A stretch of 64,000 nt of DNA, taken from the NCBI GenBank assembly GCA_003602575.1, contig QQRY01000001.1, positions 6,856 to 70,855 on the forward strand, written 5' to 3'. Both the position numbers and the translations under genes were made by a program. Positions 56,801 through 64,000 of this stretch are shown here, piece after piece. Under the pieces are notes generated by a model. The model was not told the DNA's origin. It saw only the letters and a program-made list of their open reading frames with translations, and did not search any database. The DNA is from Candidatus Poseidoniales archaeon (lineage in GTDB: Archaea; Thermoplasmatota; Poseidoniia; Poseidoniales; Poseidoniaceae). How positions within the stretch are numbered: position 1 is the stretch's first letter; each line of letters opens with the position of its first letter.

Positions 56801-56995
56801 CAGATTTGCTAATTGATTAGGAATAAACCATCTCCAAACCATAGTAGCAATGAAAAGGGCTGACATCAAAGGGAATAATTGTTCAATAGAAAATTCTGAA
56901 GTTGAACCACCTTCAGCGCTAACATATGATAGTGAAAAAATAGAAAAAAATGAAACGATGAGGAACACTAATCCCCTTCTTTTCATCGCTTGCAT
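53870..56995 (-). CDS. large polytopic membrane protein with a central TPR-like soluble region and a ~200-aa Arg/Lys/Pro/Gly-rich C-terminal tail
   Basis: More than 10 predicted TM helices in two blocks. Between them is a helical-repeat region (DPALIRHEKARARMWELSIRGLWPLAIEEARKVL...). The C-terminus (RKSERKSKLPKNKPNVRVGNSKNLPGYGGKNRRPPV) is highly basic. Confidence 0.55.
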   Translation of the reverse strand: MQAMKRRGLVFLIVSFFSIFSLSYVSAEGGSTSEFSIEQLFPLMSALFIATMVWRWFIPNQLANLQVAFEIDDDLYEVHRITRDVSDARELLGEGSVGYGVGLYMMGMTGILILIAEFIFQPESFFGPDLYIIGLLILIPILISPWETLNAQLTSKKQKSLSGSKLVIFFRRSFTLIILVTSTLAVLYYGMSKSDDLFIEPVWLAAAMLVFMSPTIFAYGRIMGASWNMLLINKWRTSNGRKNPIDPDKAGILNRLFSLILVIFLLTMPLTALNGIVTVIHVLINEPTNSTEVLNYGGIIGHSLYERIDIISEILFEWEIIKSMPQFLSLYLSLNIAIVGLAFIFELTRNLILGGQTFGGVFGVTLDTPREIRSEVSAQTRQLKFAFAGFSGYTVLLLVLVCYKEFGSLMPFTDWIESRGFDEGMRLLTTWMFIAVGQTVFLLTWLVSIIRYSSLRKLRFDLNPDERREGAVRLAGGDWMRTLVDQAALEEDLDSLIQFQRRSLDGDPALIRHEKARARMWELSIRGLWPLAIEEARKVLAQSGGDDDIARMLIAVGHMASRRLDAAREALHGLEQPEGYDEPELLSFVCEWLDPWQGNVDEDDFWDWENNSCIDHIQNTMQMIRNWNPKQSLDVIHKDRLTRVAQLSMVSLLRAQRMHDEALDISLRLVRQDPTGVRPRIASALCLIDKGDWHSARSIEKELLESDSQDPRVLALSSILGQQSMDEEEFEVALVSGEGKKMKKWINSAPVNSVAALGIKGGMDEAINANVLVTAHEATRRSMPPRYSSGRLTFVANILILIPIWILLGIYVASIRTEIQGAAVSVTLLLLHYSSRKLLLQQRRQIRHRDQKAMVAYAKRMRRFKVAPDKSNIPVGTHLLLSGILVTVNGVVLDIGVPAWLTEHLPKDSDKTVRARLKRRSKKISKSRPPRLQPLGEGWWLKRPKEDGSEVPALERLIGPVAYRGRPSYIDRKAGKNSRPTGMVRTSPRPAHSVDLGSRGIPTNTRKSERKSKLPKNKPNVRVGNSKNLPGYGGKNRRPPV

Positions 56996-57035
56996 AATAC
57001 TCCCACATTACAACTTATCATCAAATCTTCGCCTA

Positions 57036-58256
57036 CTAATCATTGCGATGACGGATTAAAAAACTCTCGATTCGATTGAAAGCCTCATCTAAAACGTCCT
57101 CATCTGGAAGGAAAACGATTCTAAAATGTCCTGCTCCAAGTTCGGGAGAAAAACCACTTCCATGAACTACCAAAACATGTTCTTCTTGTAATAATTGAAG
57201 AACAAAACCCTTGTCATCATTGAACCATTTCTTATCAGTCAATTTAACGAACATGTAGAATGCTCCACCTGCCGATTGAACTTCAAGTCCGTCAATCTGA
57301 GAGATTCTTTTCACGCATAAATCTCTTTGTCTAATCACTTTATCAGAATATGATTTCATCCAAGTTCGATCTGAATCAAGGCCAGCCAAATAACCGATTT
57401 GTGCAGGGGTTGAAGCACAAAGACGTGAACGAAGAAGTCTCTCGATGCCGTCACGAACATCAATTAGGCGCTTCTTTGGGTCGTGAATTGCCAAATACCC
57501 GATTCTCCAACCAGGTGCATAGAATACTTTTGATACTCCATTGAGAGAAAATACTGGAACATCATTGGAAAGGCTTGCAACACTAACATGTTCTCCAGTA
57601 AAGTCCAATCCATCATATATTTCATCAGCAATTATCATACAATTGGGCCACTTTCGAGCGATTGAGAGCAATCTAAATATCTCATCCTTTCCAGAAACAT
57701 TACCACATGGATTATTTGGATTTATCAAAACTAGAAGTCGAACATTTTCATCCATTTTTGATTCTATATCATCAAAATCAACAGACCAACCATCATCCGG
57801 CTTCAATTTGTACTCTATTGTCTCTGCCCCATACATTTGCGGATAAGCCATGTAAGGTGGATAATGTGGGCCTGGAGCTAATACTTTGGTTCCTTCTTCC
57901 AAAGTCGCTGCAAAAATAATCTGTAAAGCCTCTGTGACCCCGTGACAGACATAGATGTCATTTTCACTTGCATTCCAACCTTTCCTCCTCTCATCATGGG
58001 CAATTGCTGATCTAAGTTCAGGTAAACCATATGATGGAGAATAACCATTACGACCTTCTTGTAAAGCCCCAATATAGGCATCTACCATATGCTTAGGAGT
58101 AGGTAATCCGGGGTATGCAATTGGATCACCTATGTTTAGTTTCAAGATTTTATGGCCCTGCTTTTCCAGTTCGGTTGCAGGGACTACCACATCTCTAATT
58201 GCATATTCTATGCTGGATGCCCGTCTCGAAACTGGAACCTGTTCGATTGACATCAT
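57036..58256 (-). CDS. class I/II PLP-dependent aminotransferase (aspartate/alanine aminotransferase-like)
   Basis: LNIGDPIAYPGLPTP. LVLINPNNPCGNV. PLP-lysine region SLNGVSKVFYAPGWRIGY. Confidence 0.8.
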   Translation of the reverse strand: MMSIEQVPVSRRASSIEYAIRDVVVPATELEKQGHKILKLNIGDPIAYPGLPTPKHMVDAYIGALQEGRNGYSPSYGLPELRSAIAHDERRKGWNASENDIYVCHGVTEALQIIFAATLEEGTKVLAPGPHYPPYMAYPQMYGAETIEYKLKPDDGWSVDFDDIESKMDENVRLLVLINPNNPCGNVSGKDEIFRLLSIARKWPNCMIIADEIYDGLDFTGEHVSVASLSNDVPVFSLNGVSKVFYAPGWRIGYLAIHDPKKRLIDVRDGIERLLRSRLCASTPAQIGYLAGLDSDRTWMKSYSDKVIRQRDLCVKRISQIDGLEVQSAGGAFYMFVKLTDKKWFNDDKGFVLQLLQEEHVLVVHGSGFSPELGAGHFRIVFLPDEDVLDEAFNRIESFLIRHRND

Positions 58257-58261
58257 ACCAC

Positions 58262-58738
58262 CTAGAGATTCTTAGGATCAATTCCACCCATTTCTAAAAC
58301 CGTATGGAAGTGAAACTCTTCCACGGGCTGTACTGAAAGTCTCTGTCCTTTTCTAACCAGTAGCATGTCATCACATTTCGGATTATCTTTTATTTCTTGT
58401 AGACTTACTATGTTTGTGAATTCAACTACTGGTTCAATATCTACCATCATCCATCGAGGATTATCGGGGGTTGCTTTCGGATCAAAATATTTTGAATTAG
58501 AATCTTGAGCAGTAAAGTCTGGATAACCTTCACGACAGACTCTAGCGACACCGGCAACATGAGGAGGCTTGAAATTAGAATGATAAAAAAGTACTAAATC
58601 TCCTTCCTTCATATCGTCTCTCATCATATTTCGGGCTTGATAATTCCTAACTCCATCCCAATGAGTCGAGCCATCAGAAATTAATTGTTCAAAGGGGTAA
58701 ACATGGGGCTCTGACTTCATCAACCAATATCCGGCCAT
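58262..58738 (-). CDS. EVE (PUA-like) domain protein
   Basis: YWLMKSEPHVYPFEQL...WDGVRNYQARNMMRDDMKEGDLVLFYHS...PHVAGVARV is the EVE consensus. Start set at the internal ATG at 58738 to avoid overlap with the RND gene. 58786 is the longer alternative. Confidence 0.7.
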   Translation of the reverse strand: MAGYWLMKSEPHVYPFEQLISDGSTHWDGVRNYQARNMMRDDMKEGDLVLFYHSNFKPPHVAGVARVCREGYPDFTAQDSNSKYFDPKATPDNPRWMMVDIEPVVEFTNIVSLQEIKDNPKCDDMLLVRKGQRLSVQPVEEFHFHTVLEMGGIDPKNL

Positions 58739-58775
58739 ATCTAATCCAAATGTTGGCATCATTTGGACATATTGC

Positions 58776-61700
58776 TCACCAAACATCTTTGACTTCTTTT
58801 ACAATTGCTGCATCTAAGACATCGACTTCCTTAGAGTTCGTTTTAATCAAGCCTAATTTTCTCGCCATTCCAGTAGTACCTTGAACTGTTCCGATTCCCA
58901 TTTTTTCCAATGTCACAAAGATTGCTGGAAGTAGAATCAATGCACTTGCGGCAGCAACCCAAAGTAAAATCAAAATAACTGTGATGAATGGTTTAATTTC
59001 AGGAATCGGTATCCTATACGCAGTTAACATACCTAACGATGTAACTATGGCTGCCTCAAACAACGACATCCCAGTACCTATTGCAGCACTCCGTATTGCA
59101 TTAATGCCACCCCCAAGTTCTCGAATACGATTCGAAATGTGAATGGAAAAGTCTACACCCACTCCGACAAGAATAGAACCAATCATTACAGTAACAAGCG
59201 AAAGAGAAACATCAAGTTGCCACATAACTAACCACTGTAAGGCAACAGTGGCAATAACAGGGGCAGTAGTCCAAAAGGAATATTGAACATCTCTAAACAC
59301 TACAGCAAGAGTGATTAGAGTCAGTATAATTGCGAAACCAAGTGAAGTCCATTGGGAACCAACAATCAATTCGTTTACTTCGATAGCTGTTGCTGCTACA
59401 CCTGTTAAGTGTTCAGCACCACCACCATCAACAGAAGTGAAAGTGTCAGTATGCTGATTTATTGCTTCAACACCTGAGGCTGTTTCAGCTACAGGAATAA
59501 ATGGCATATCCACATAAATCAAAGTTCTATCATATTCACTATTGATGAAAATTTCACGAGTCTCATCCGTGATAGATGCATAGAATACATCCAAAAGGAA
59601 AATTTGAGACTGAGTTGTACCAGGTAATCCGTAATTATCAGGTTGAGTTAATAGATCCCAAAATGAGGCATCAGCAGTTACTTCCCTATTGAAAAGTAAT
59701 GAAACTGTTTCCTTAATATCATCTGGTAATGGTGTGTTATTAACAAATTCATAAACTTGAGTTCCTGATATCGTAGGTGCAATACCAGTAGATTTCATTA
59801 AGAAAACAATAGAGACCGCAGAAGCATTGTTGACTGTGTTTAATTTCGCCTCTAATTGATCTATCCGCTTAAGATTCTCAGCAGGATCGTCATTTCCAGT
59901 ATCTTGGTCATTTGTATCACCAGTGACCTTAGCATGAATTAGAACCATACCAATTTGTCCTGCATCAAAATCTGAACTATATTGTTTCATCTTTTGGACT
60001 GAAGGCTCATATTCTGGCGCCATACCAAGCAAGTCAATATTTTCTTCAACATTAGCTTGTCCAACAGTTGCTGAAATTAAAATAACTAGTATGAATACTC
60101 CAATCACTCCCTTGTTATGCTTAACGGGAACATTCACAAGATGTTCAAATGCCTTCAAAGGAGGGTGTTTAGGTTTACGTAAGTCAAGAATTAGAGTTAA
60201 ATTAGGAACCATGAACATTGTCAAAATATACACGATAACAATACCTGTAGAAAGTGCAATTCCAACTGTTTGAATTGGCGCCATAGGGGTAAAAACTAGT
60301 GATATAAATCCAATAACTGTGGTTACTGCAGATAGGAAAACAGCCTTACCCGTCGATGAAAGAGATGCTTTCATCTTTTCAGATTTAGTTCCACCTTCTT
60401 CAGCATAACGATTTGTTATGTGAAGCCCATATGAAACACCAAGTGCCAATAGAATAGGACCTACAATAATGACAGTCATTGTGACTTCATAATTAGTCGC
60501 TCCAATCAGACCTAAAGTCCAAAATACAGCGCAAAGGGTAGGCAAACCCGCAATAATCACCACCTTAATGCCTTGAATCGGTCGAATTCCGGTAATCCCT
60601 GTTTGGAGTACATCAGAGTGAAATATAAACAGACCACCAGCGACAAGAACAATAGCCAGCGGGAATATTTCCCAAAATAATTTGAATGAAAATTCTGTAA
60701 CTGCATTCGTAATTGGTACAGGCCCAGTCAAAACCATTTGTAGATTCAAACCTTCATTTTCATCTTTCCAATTACATGGTTTAGAATCTGCGATACCATC
60801 ACCGTTTTCGTCATCACAGAAAATCTCTCGATTTTCCATCTCCTCGAGCATTTCTTGTGTTTGGGCAATAAAATCCTTGGCGTCAATTTCATCTGAAAGT
60901 GCTACTGCCATGATTGCTTTATCTAAGATATAATCTGGAGATCCACAATCATCTTTGTACTTTTCACCCCGGACATCTCCATAACCTGTAGTGCAGACAT
61001 CGCGTGCAAGTTTATCTAGACCCGGTGTAGAAGTACCGTCATCTTCATACATCTCTCCCACTACAAGGTCGATAGTGTTCTGACTAGGAATTTCATAAGA
61101 ACCGCCAAATTGTTCATCTGTAGATTCAAGTAACTCATTAAGAGTGTCCGCCGCTGAAGCACTAGTGCATTCTTCTTCTCCAGCTGCACAACCTAACTGA
61201 CCAAGTTCTGTAATAATCGCTTCTCTAACACGAGGAGCACTTGAATTGACTTCTTTTAGAACAGTAGAAAGAGAAAGAATGTAAATCACATCATCTTCGG
61301 TTTCATTGATTCCATCACCATCTAAGTCGCACTTGAACGATGATAGGCAAGGATTCAAGGTTTTCTCGACAAGACTAATCTGCTCTAGAATCCTCTTATC
61401 GGTAATATTTCCATCCCCAGATTCTATGTAAATAATCATAACATTGGTCGTCCAATCTTCTTCAACCAAACTGATTAGCCTACCAACTTCGCTACCTTCT
61501 GGAAGATATACTTCTAAATCTCCGTTGACATTGAGTGCTGGTTTATCTGGATCATCATCAAATTGAGTCCCATCTAAGAACCCTGAAGTAGTAACGAAAT
61601 ATGCTGTAATCATCAAGAAAACTAGAACTGTTGCTATAGGAAATCGAGTGATTGCGCCAGTTGCACCAGACTTTTGCCATTCACGCTTGAATCTATCTGG

Positions 61701-61874
61701 GGCATCTAAAACAGCGTCTATCGCAGCTTTGGCATTGAAGTCTTTGACTCTAGCAGTCAAATCTACTGCACCAGACTGAATTTTCGAGCGACTATATTCA
61801 GCAAGAGCAGCCACTCTTTTGGAGAATTTGCGCTTATCAGCGGCTGGAGGTTCTGATTTATCATCACTCACCAT
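58776..61874 (-). CDS. RND-superfamily exporter, MMPL/SSD-type (two 6-TM bundles, each with a large extracytoplasmic domain)
   Basis: Topology: TM1, a ~350-aa acidic extracytoplasmic domain, 5 TMs, TM7, a second loop, 5 TMs. Conserved G/A-rich TM blocks (VIIAGLPTLCAVFWTLGLIGA; SILVGVGVDFSIHISNR) are typical of the RND/MMPL transporter fold. Confidence 0.7.
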   Translation of the reverse strand: MVSDDKSEPPAADKRKFSKRVAALAEYSRSKIQSGAVDLTARVKDFNAKAAIDAVLDAPDRFKREWQKSGATGAITRFPIATVLVFLMITAYFVTTSGFLDGTQFDDDPDKPALNVNGDLEVYLPEGSEVGRLISLVEEDWTTNVMIIYIESGDGNITDKRILEQISLVEKTLNPCLSSFKCDLDGDGINETEDDVIYILSLSTVLKEVNSSAPRVREAIITELGQLGCAAGEEECTSASAADTLNELLESTDEQFGGSYEIPSQNTIDLVVGEMYEDDGTSTPGLDKLARDVCTTGYGDVRGEKYKDDCGSPDYILDKAIMAVALSDEIDAKDFIAQTQEMLEEMENREIFCDDENGDGIADSKPCNWKDENEGLNLQMVLTGPVPITNAVTEFSFKLFWEIFPLAIVLVAGGLFIFHSDVLQTGITGIRPIQGIKVVIIAGLPTLCAVFWTLGLIGATNYEVTMTVIIVGPILLALGVSYGLHITNRYAEEGGTKSEKMKASLSSTGKAVFLSAVTTVIGFISLVFTPMAPIQTVGIALSTGIVIVYILTMFMVPNLTLILDLRKPKHPPLKAFEHLVNVPVKHNKGVIGVFILVILISATVGQANVEENIDLLGMAPEYEPSVQKMKQYSSDFDAGQIGMVLIHAKVTGDTNDQDTGNDDPAENLKRIDQLEAKLNTVNNASAVSIVFLMKSTGIAPTISGTQVYEFVNNTPLPDDIKETVSLLFNREVTADASFWDLLTQPDNYGLPGTTQSQIFLLDVFYASITDETREIFINSEYDRTLIYVDMPFIPVAETASGVEAINQHTDTFTSVDGGGAEHLTGVAATAIEVNELIVGSQWTSLGFAIILTLITLAVVFRDVQYSFWTTAPVIATVALQWLVMWQLDVSLSLVTVMIGSILVGVGVDFSIHISNRIRELGGGINAIRSAAIGTGMSLFEAAIVTSLGMLTAYRIPIPEIKPFITVILILLWVAAASALILLPAIFVTLEKMGIGTVQGTTGMARKLGLIKTNSKEVDVLDAAIVKEVKDVW

Positions 61875-62037
61875 AGCCTCTCCTTAGACTTGCCAATAAA
61901 TGACACTTCAAATGCTTGCCGACAAGATGAGTTGATTTCTGGCTTATTTCAATCATCACCATGCGCTGGTTTGAAAATGTAAAAGATTACGGCCACATGG
62001 ACCCGTACTGTTAACGAGTAGGGGGCCGGTGAGGCAC

Positions 62038-64000
62038 ATGCCATCCCCTACACTATCAGAAAAGCGCTGGTCTGTTGACCTAGAAAAGAAGATTCAAGAA
62101 GAACATAATAGCGATGCTGCTACGTATTACAAGCGCTATGGATTCAAACCGGATTCTGGAAAAGAAATCTTCGTCATTGATACTCCACCACCATATCCTT
62201 CTGGTACATGGCACATAGGTGCTGTTGCTCAATATTCCATGATTGATGTTATTGCGCGTTCGCAAAGACTCCTTGGCAAAGAAGTATATTTCCCATGGGG
62301 TGTTGATAGGAATGGAATCAATATTGAATTCACAGTTGAGAAGAACACCAAGCGAAAGATGAAAACTTATGATCGAGAAGAATTCCTTAGCCTTTGTAAG
62401 GAAACTATTGAAGAATTTACTCAAGCGATGAGAAATACTGCGAGAAGAGTAGGGTTATCTTGTGATTTCGAAAAGGAATACCTAACTGACGCTCCTAACT
62501 ACCGAGCAGTAACTCAATCGATATTTGTTGAATTATTCAAAAAGGGAACTATCGTTGAAGATTTACGTCCTAATATTTACGACCCAGTCGAAGGAACAAC
62601 CATTGCTGATGCTGAAGTTGAAAGACTCAATCGAAGAACACAGTTAGTCGACGTCAAATGGCAAACAGAGGATGGTACAGAAGTTATTATTTCCACAACT
62701 CGTCCTGAATTAATTTGTGCTTGTGGAGTTGTTGTTGTCCATCCAGACGATAAGCGATATGCTCATTTAATCGGTAAGAGAATAAAGCTACCTGTACCTG
62801 TTAGTGGAAGAGAAGACTATGTCGAGATTCAGACTCATTCTTCTGTAAAATCAGAATTTGGCTCAGGAGTATTGATGGTGTGTTCATTTGGGGACCAAAA
62901 TGACGTCGCTGTATTTCGTGAACTTGGACTAAAGCCTTTCCAAGCAATCAATTTAGAAGGCTGCATGACAGAACTTTCCGGCCCTTTGAATGGAATGAAA
63001 GTAAGAGATGCACGCAAAGAAATTATCGAAATACTACAGCAGGACGGTAGAATCAAAAACATTGAAGACCGTGAACAAGAAGTCCCTGTATCTGAAAGAG
63101 GTAAGAATCCTGTCGAAATAATCTTACTCAAGGAATGGTATGTTCGCCAAACTCATATTCAAGGGAAAATGAAAGAATTGATCGAAGATATTGAATTTCA
63201 CCCAAATAGAAATAAACAATTTTTAATCGATTGGATGGATAACATCAGTATTGATTGGCCTATTTCACGTCGACGTTGGTACCATACAGAGATACCAATT
63301 TGGTATAGCGAAGATAATGATTTCATTATTATCCCACCATCTGGGACATACGTTCAACCTTGGAAAGAATTACCGCCAACTGGAAGCCGAGTACTTAGCA
63401 GAAATGAGCGTGAAGATGTTGGTAGTTATGATGATTTGAAAGAATCTCTAGGGCAAGTTACTGGTGAAGAGAAAGTATTCGACACATGGATGGATTCTTC
63501 AAATTCCAATCTTTTCGTTAGTGGTTATCTAAATCAACCAGAAGTTTTCGAAAAGGCTTTTCCAACAGCACTAAGACCACAGGGCAAAGAGATTGTTAGA
63601 ACTTGGCTTTATTACACACTACTGAAATCAGCCCTATTGCTAGACAAGCCTGGGTTCAAGCATGTTTGGATTGACGGCCTAGGAATGGACCCTTGGGGTC
63701 GAAAAATGAGTAAATCACTCGGCAATGGAATTGATGCAGATTCTGTCCTAGAGTGTGGAGCTGGAGGCAGAACTGGTTCTTGGAAAGTCAAAGGCCCAGA
63801 AAAAACTGTCAGCCTTAGAGCAAATAAAATTGGTAGCGAGTGTTTTAGACTCTGGAAAGCATGTGACGCACAAGTTGGTGATGACTTCCACATAAATCCC
63901 GAAGAGATCGAACAAAGATATTTTGGAGTTTTAACTAAATTATTCAATGTTGCTAGATTCTCATCTCAATTCGAGGTCCCAGATGACCTTGACAAAATAC
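62038..64000 (+). CDS. valS: valyl-tRNA synthetase, 5' portion (continues beyond the window)
   Basis: FVIDTPPPYPSGTWHIGAV (class-I HIGH-type motif in ValRS-like P-P-P-x-x-S-G context). In-frame KMSKSLGNG at 63703-63729. Not in the ORF track because no stop falls inside the window. Confidence 0.85.
   Translation, partial: MPSPTLSEKRWSVDLEKKIQEEHNSDAATYYKRYGFKPDSGKEIFVIDTPPPYPSGTWHIGAVAQYSMIDVIARSQRLLGKEVYFPWGVDRNGINIEFTVEKNTKRKMKTYDREEFLSLCKETIEEFTQAMRNTARRVGLSCDFEKEYLTDAPNYRAVTQSIFVELFKKGTIVEDLRPNIYDPVEGTTIADAEVERLNRRTQLVDVKWQTEDGTEVIISTTRPELICACGVVVVHPDDKRYAHLIGKRIKLPVPVSGREDYVEIQTHSSVKSEFGSGVLMVCSFGDQNDVAVFRELGLKPFQAINLEGCMTELSGPLNGMKVRDARKEIIEILQQDGRIKNIEDREQEVPVSERGKNPVEIILLKEWYVRQTHIQGKMKELIEDIEFHPNRNKQFLIDWMDNISIDWPISRRRWYHTEIPIWYSEDNDFIIIPPSGTYVQPWKELPPTGSRVLSRNEREDVGSYDDLKESLGQVTGEEKVFDTWMDSSNSNLFVSGYLNQPEVFEKAFPTALRPQGKEIVRTWLYYTLLKSALLLDKPGFKHVWIDGLGMDPWGRKMSKSLGNGIDADSVLECGAGGRTGSWKVKGPEKTVSLRANKIGSECFRLWKACDAQVGDDFHINPEEIEQRYFGVLTKLFNVARFSSQFEVPDDLDKI

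Noticed and set aside
61875-62037. Possible small RNA or tRNA in the intergenic region between the RND exporter and valS
   Set aside because: No cloverleaf-compatible complementarity or GC-rich stems. Most consistent with a divergent promoter region.

Overview
AT-rich chromosomal segment that looks archaeal, most likely from a marine euryarchaeote (Marine Group II/Poseidoniales-like, uncertain). Support for archaeal origin: ribosomal proteins S19e, L31e and L39e with a PDCD5-like protein in the conserved archaeal order; tRNA-splicing endonuclease EndA next to archease; SRP (7S) RNA; digeranylgeranyl-lipid reductase; Shine-Dalgarno motifs (GGAGG/GAGGTG) and TATA-like boxes; an archaeal-type CcmE with CxxxY; acidic proteins. 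Gene density is high on both strands, with many 4-nt ATGA/TGATG overlaps that indicate operons. The ORF track uses ATG/GTG/TTG-to-stop calls, so several starts are revised below.

Main content, in order:
- ABC transporter pair.
- Class-III aminotransferase.
- Complete preQ0 (7-cyano-7-deazaguanine) operon RHH-folE-queE-queC-queD. Here QueC is fused to a full MsrB domain and lacks the canonical Zn-binding cysteines.
- SpoU methyltransferase.
- rps19e-PDCD5-rpl39e-rpl31e cluster. The 51-aa L39e gene is missing from the ORF track.
- Giant secreted/anchored surface proteins, several with Asp-rich thrombospondin-type-3-like calcium-binding repeats.
- A PqqD-like (RRE-type) small protein, translationally linked to a giant surface protein, convergent with an FGE-sulfatase-fold protein and an FMN reductase.
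- TPR protein, TrmB-like regulator, IscA/YgfZ pair, mdh, pntAA-pntAB-pntB.
- tatC carrying an unusually AT-rich, Cys-containing C-terminal extension, followed by an M6-like HEXXH metalloprotease.
- endA, a wHTH/TerB-like repeat protein, a PfkB/RfaE-like kinase, archease.
- A roughly 300-nt GC-rich SRP RNA on the minus strand, missed by the ORF-only track.
- CcmE(CxxxY), pyrD, type IA topoisomerase, geranylgeranyl reductase.
- A lipoprotein joining DGCHD calcium-binding repeats to a C-terminal PNGase F-like (N-glycanase) domain.
- Radical SAM enzyme (CofH/MqnC/MqnE family), X-Pro aminopeptidase, glyA.
- A 1041-aa polytopic TPR protein with a long basic tail.
- Class I aminotransferase, EVE-domain protein, RND/MMPL exporter, and the 5' part of valS.

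No CRISPR arrays, transposases, integrases or tRNA genes were seen. All family assignments rest on motifs read by eye. No database search was run.
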